Assembly: GCA_036336855.1 (NCBI GenBank)
Contig: JAYZFI010000014.1
Coordinates: 44,734-108,733 of the forward strand
Length of the DNA: 64,000 nt
DNA from: Candidatus Latescibacterota bacterium
GTDB lineage: Bacteria > Latescibacterota > UBA2968 > UBA8231
Direction: 5' to 3'
A model generated the notes under the pieces. It was not told where the DNA came from. It worked only from the letters and a program-made list of their open reading frames with translations, and made no database searches. Of the stretch, positions 63,595-64,000 are shown piece after piece. Position numbers and translations under genes: made by a program. Every line of letters starts with the position of its first letter. Position 1 is the first letter of the stretch.

Positions 63595-64000
63595 TCAGAG
63601 CACATGGCCGACGATCTCTTCAGCCAGACCAAAGGCGGTAGTCATGCCGGCACCACCGACGCCGTTGATGATTGTGACGCCATCCGACGGATGGGCGATA
63701 TAGTCGGCGCGCTCGGGGTGGCGTGGATAGACGCCGTGCCAACGTTCGGAGATGTGCAGATCGGGCAGATTCACGAAGCTCCGAAGGTAAGCGAGAATGA
63801 GCTCGTCCACCTCGCTATGGTCGAAGGGAGTGATAGCGTCGCCGTATTCGTGGGAATCACCGATGGTGACCTCGCCGACGCCGTTCTGCGACGCCATGAC
63901 ATGGATGCCCCAACGGTCGAAATCGGGATACTCTTCACGGACCCGGTCGCGCACCGCCTGCAGGCTGTCACAGATTCGAAAGGCGGCGTAGTGACGCAAG
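63595..64000 (-). CDS. FAD-dependent oxidoreductase (DAO / glycine-oxidase-like), C-terminal part; 5' end outside window
   Basis: Open to the window edge on the minus strand. C-terminal DAO-family motif GHGGAGMT-like (VTIINGVGGAGMTTAFGLAEEI). Confidence 0.65.
   Translation of the reverse strand, partial: LRHYAAFRICDSLQAVRDRVREEYPDFDRWGIHVMASQNGVGEVTIGDSHEYGDAITPFDHSEVDELILAYLRSFVNLPDLHISERWHGVYPRHPERADYIAHPSDGVTIINGVGGAGMTTAFGLAEEIVGHVL

Noticed and set aside
1-64000. CRISPR arrays, transposases, toxin-antitoxin pairs or known defence-system components
   Set aside because: No spaced direct repeats, transposase/integrase-like ORFs, or nuclease/helicase/ATPase signatures typical of defence systems were seen in any frame.

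Overview
High-GC (~64%) bacterial chromosomal window, densely coding (~59 protein genes, one tRNA, no CRISPR array, no transposase or integrase). The gene content (many Gfo/Idh/MocA oxidoreductases, xylose-isomerase-like TIM barrels, three phytanoyl-CoA-dioxygenase paralogs, Tat-exported formylglycine sulfatases) resembles Planctomycetota/Verrucomicrobiota/Acidobacteriota-type genomes; this is a guess from content only. Housekeeping anchors are pdxS/pdxT, acnA, tRNA-Glu(UUC), hsp20, a TrmH/SpoU methyltransferase and an acr3-arsC arsenic cassette. The most unusual region is a ~21 kb locus (29070-51441) made of two long, tightly overlapping operon arms. It mixes a sulfated-uronate catabolic set (GH88 unsaturated glucuronyl hydrolase, three FGly sulfatases, two enolase-superfamily enzymes) with a lipid-linked glycosylation toolkit: three paralogous ArnT/PMT-like GT-C transferases fused to TPR tails, a DPM1/ArnC-like GT2, a SAM methyltransferase, an SDR epimerase/dehydratase and an isochorismatase-family hydrolase. 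A coupled ThDP-enzyme/Ldh_2 pair and an internally deleted fucose-mutarotase remnant sit on the plus arm. Other notable items: a four-gene secreted/envelope module containing an LpoB-like lipoprotein, an intrinsic terminator sitting between pdxS and pdxT, a TLC/Npt-type transporter, and an arsenic cassette lacking arsR. All functional calls are from reading the translated ORFs (motifs and remembered family signatures), not from database searches. Gene starts are approximate because the ORF track uses alternative start codons.
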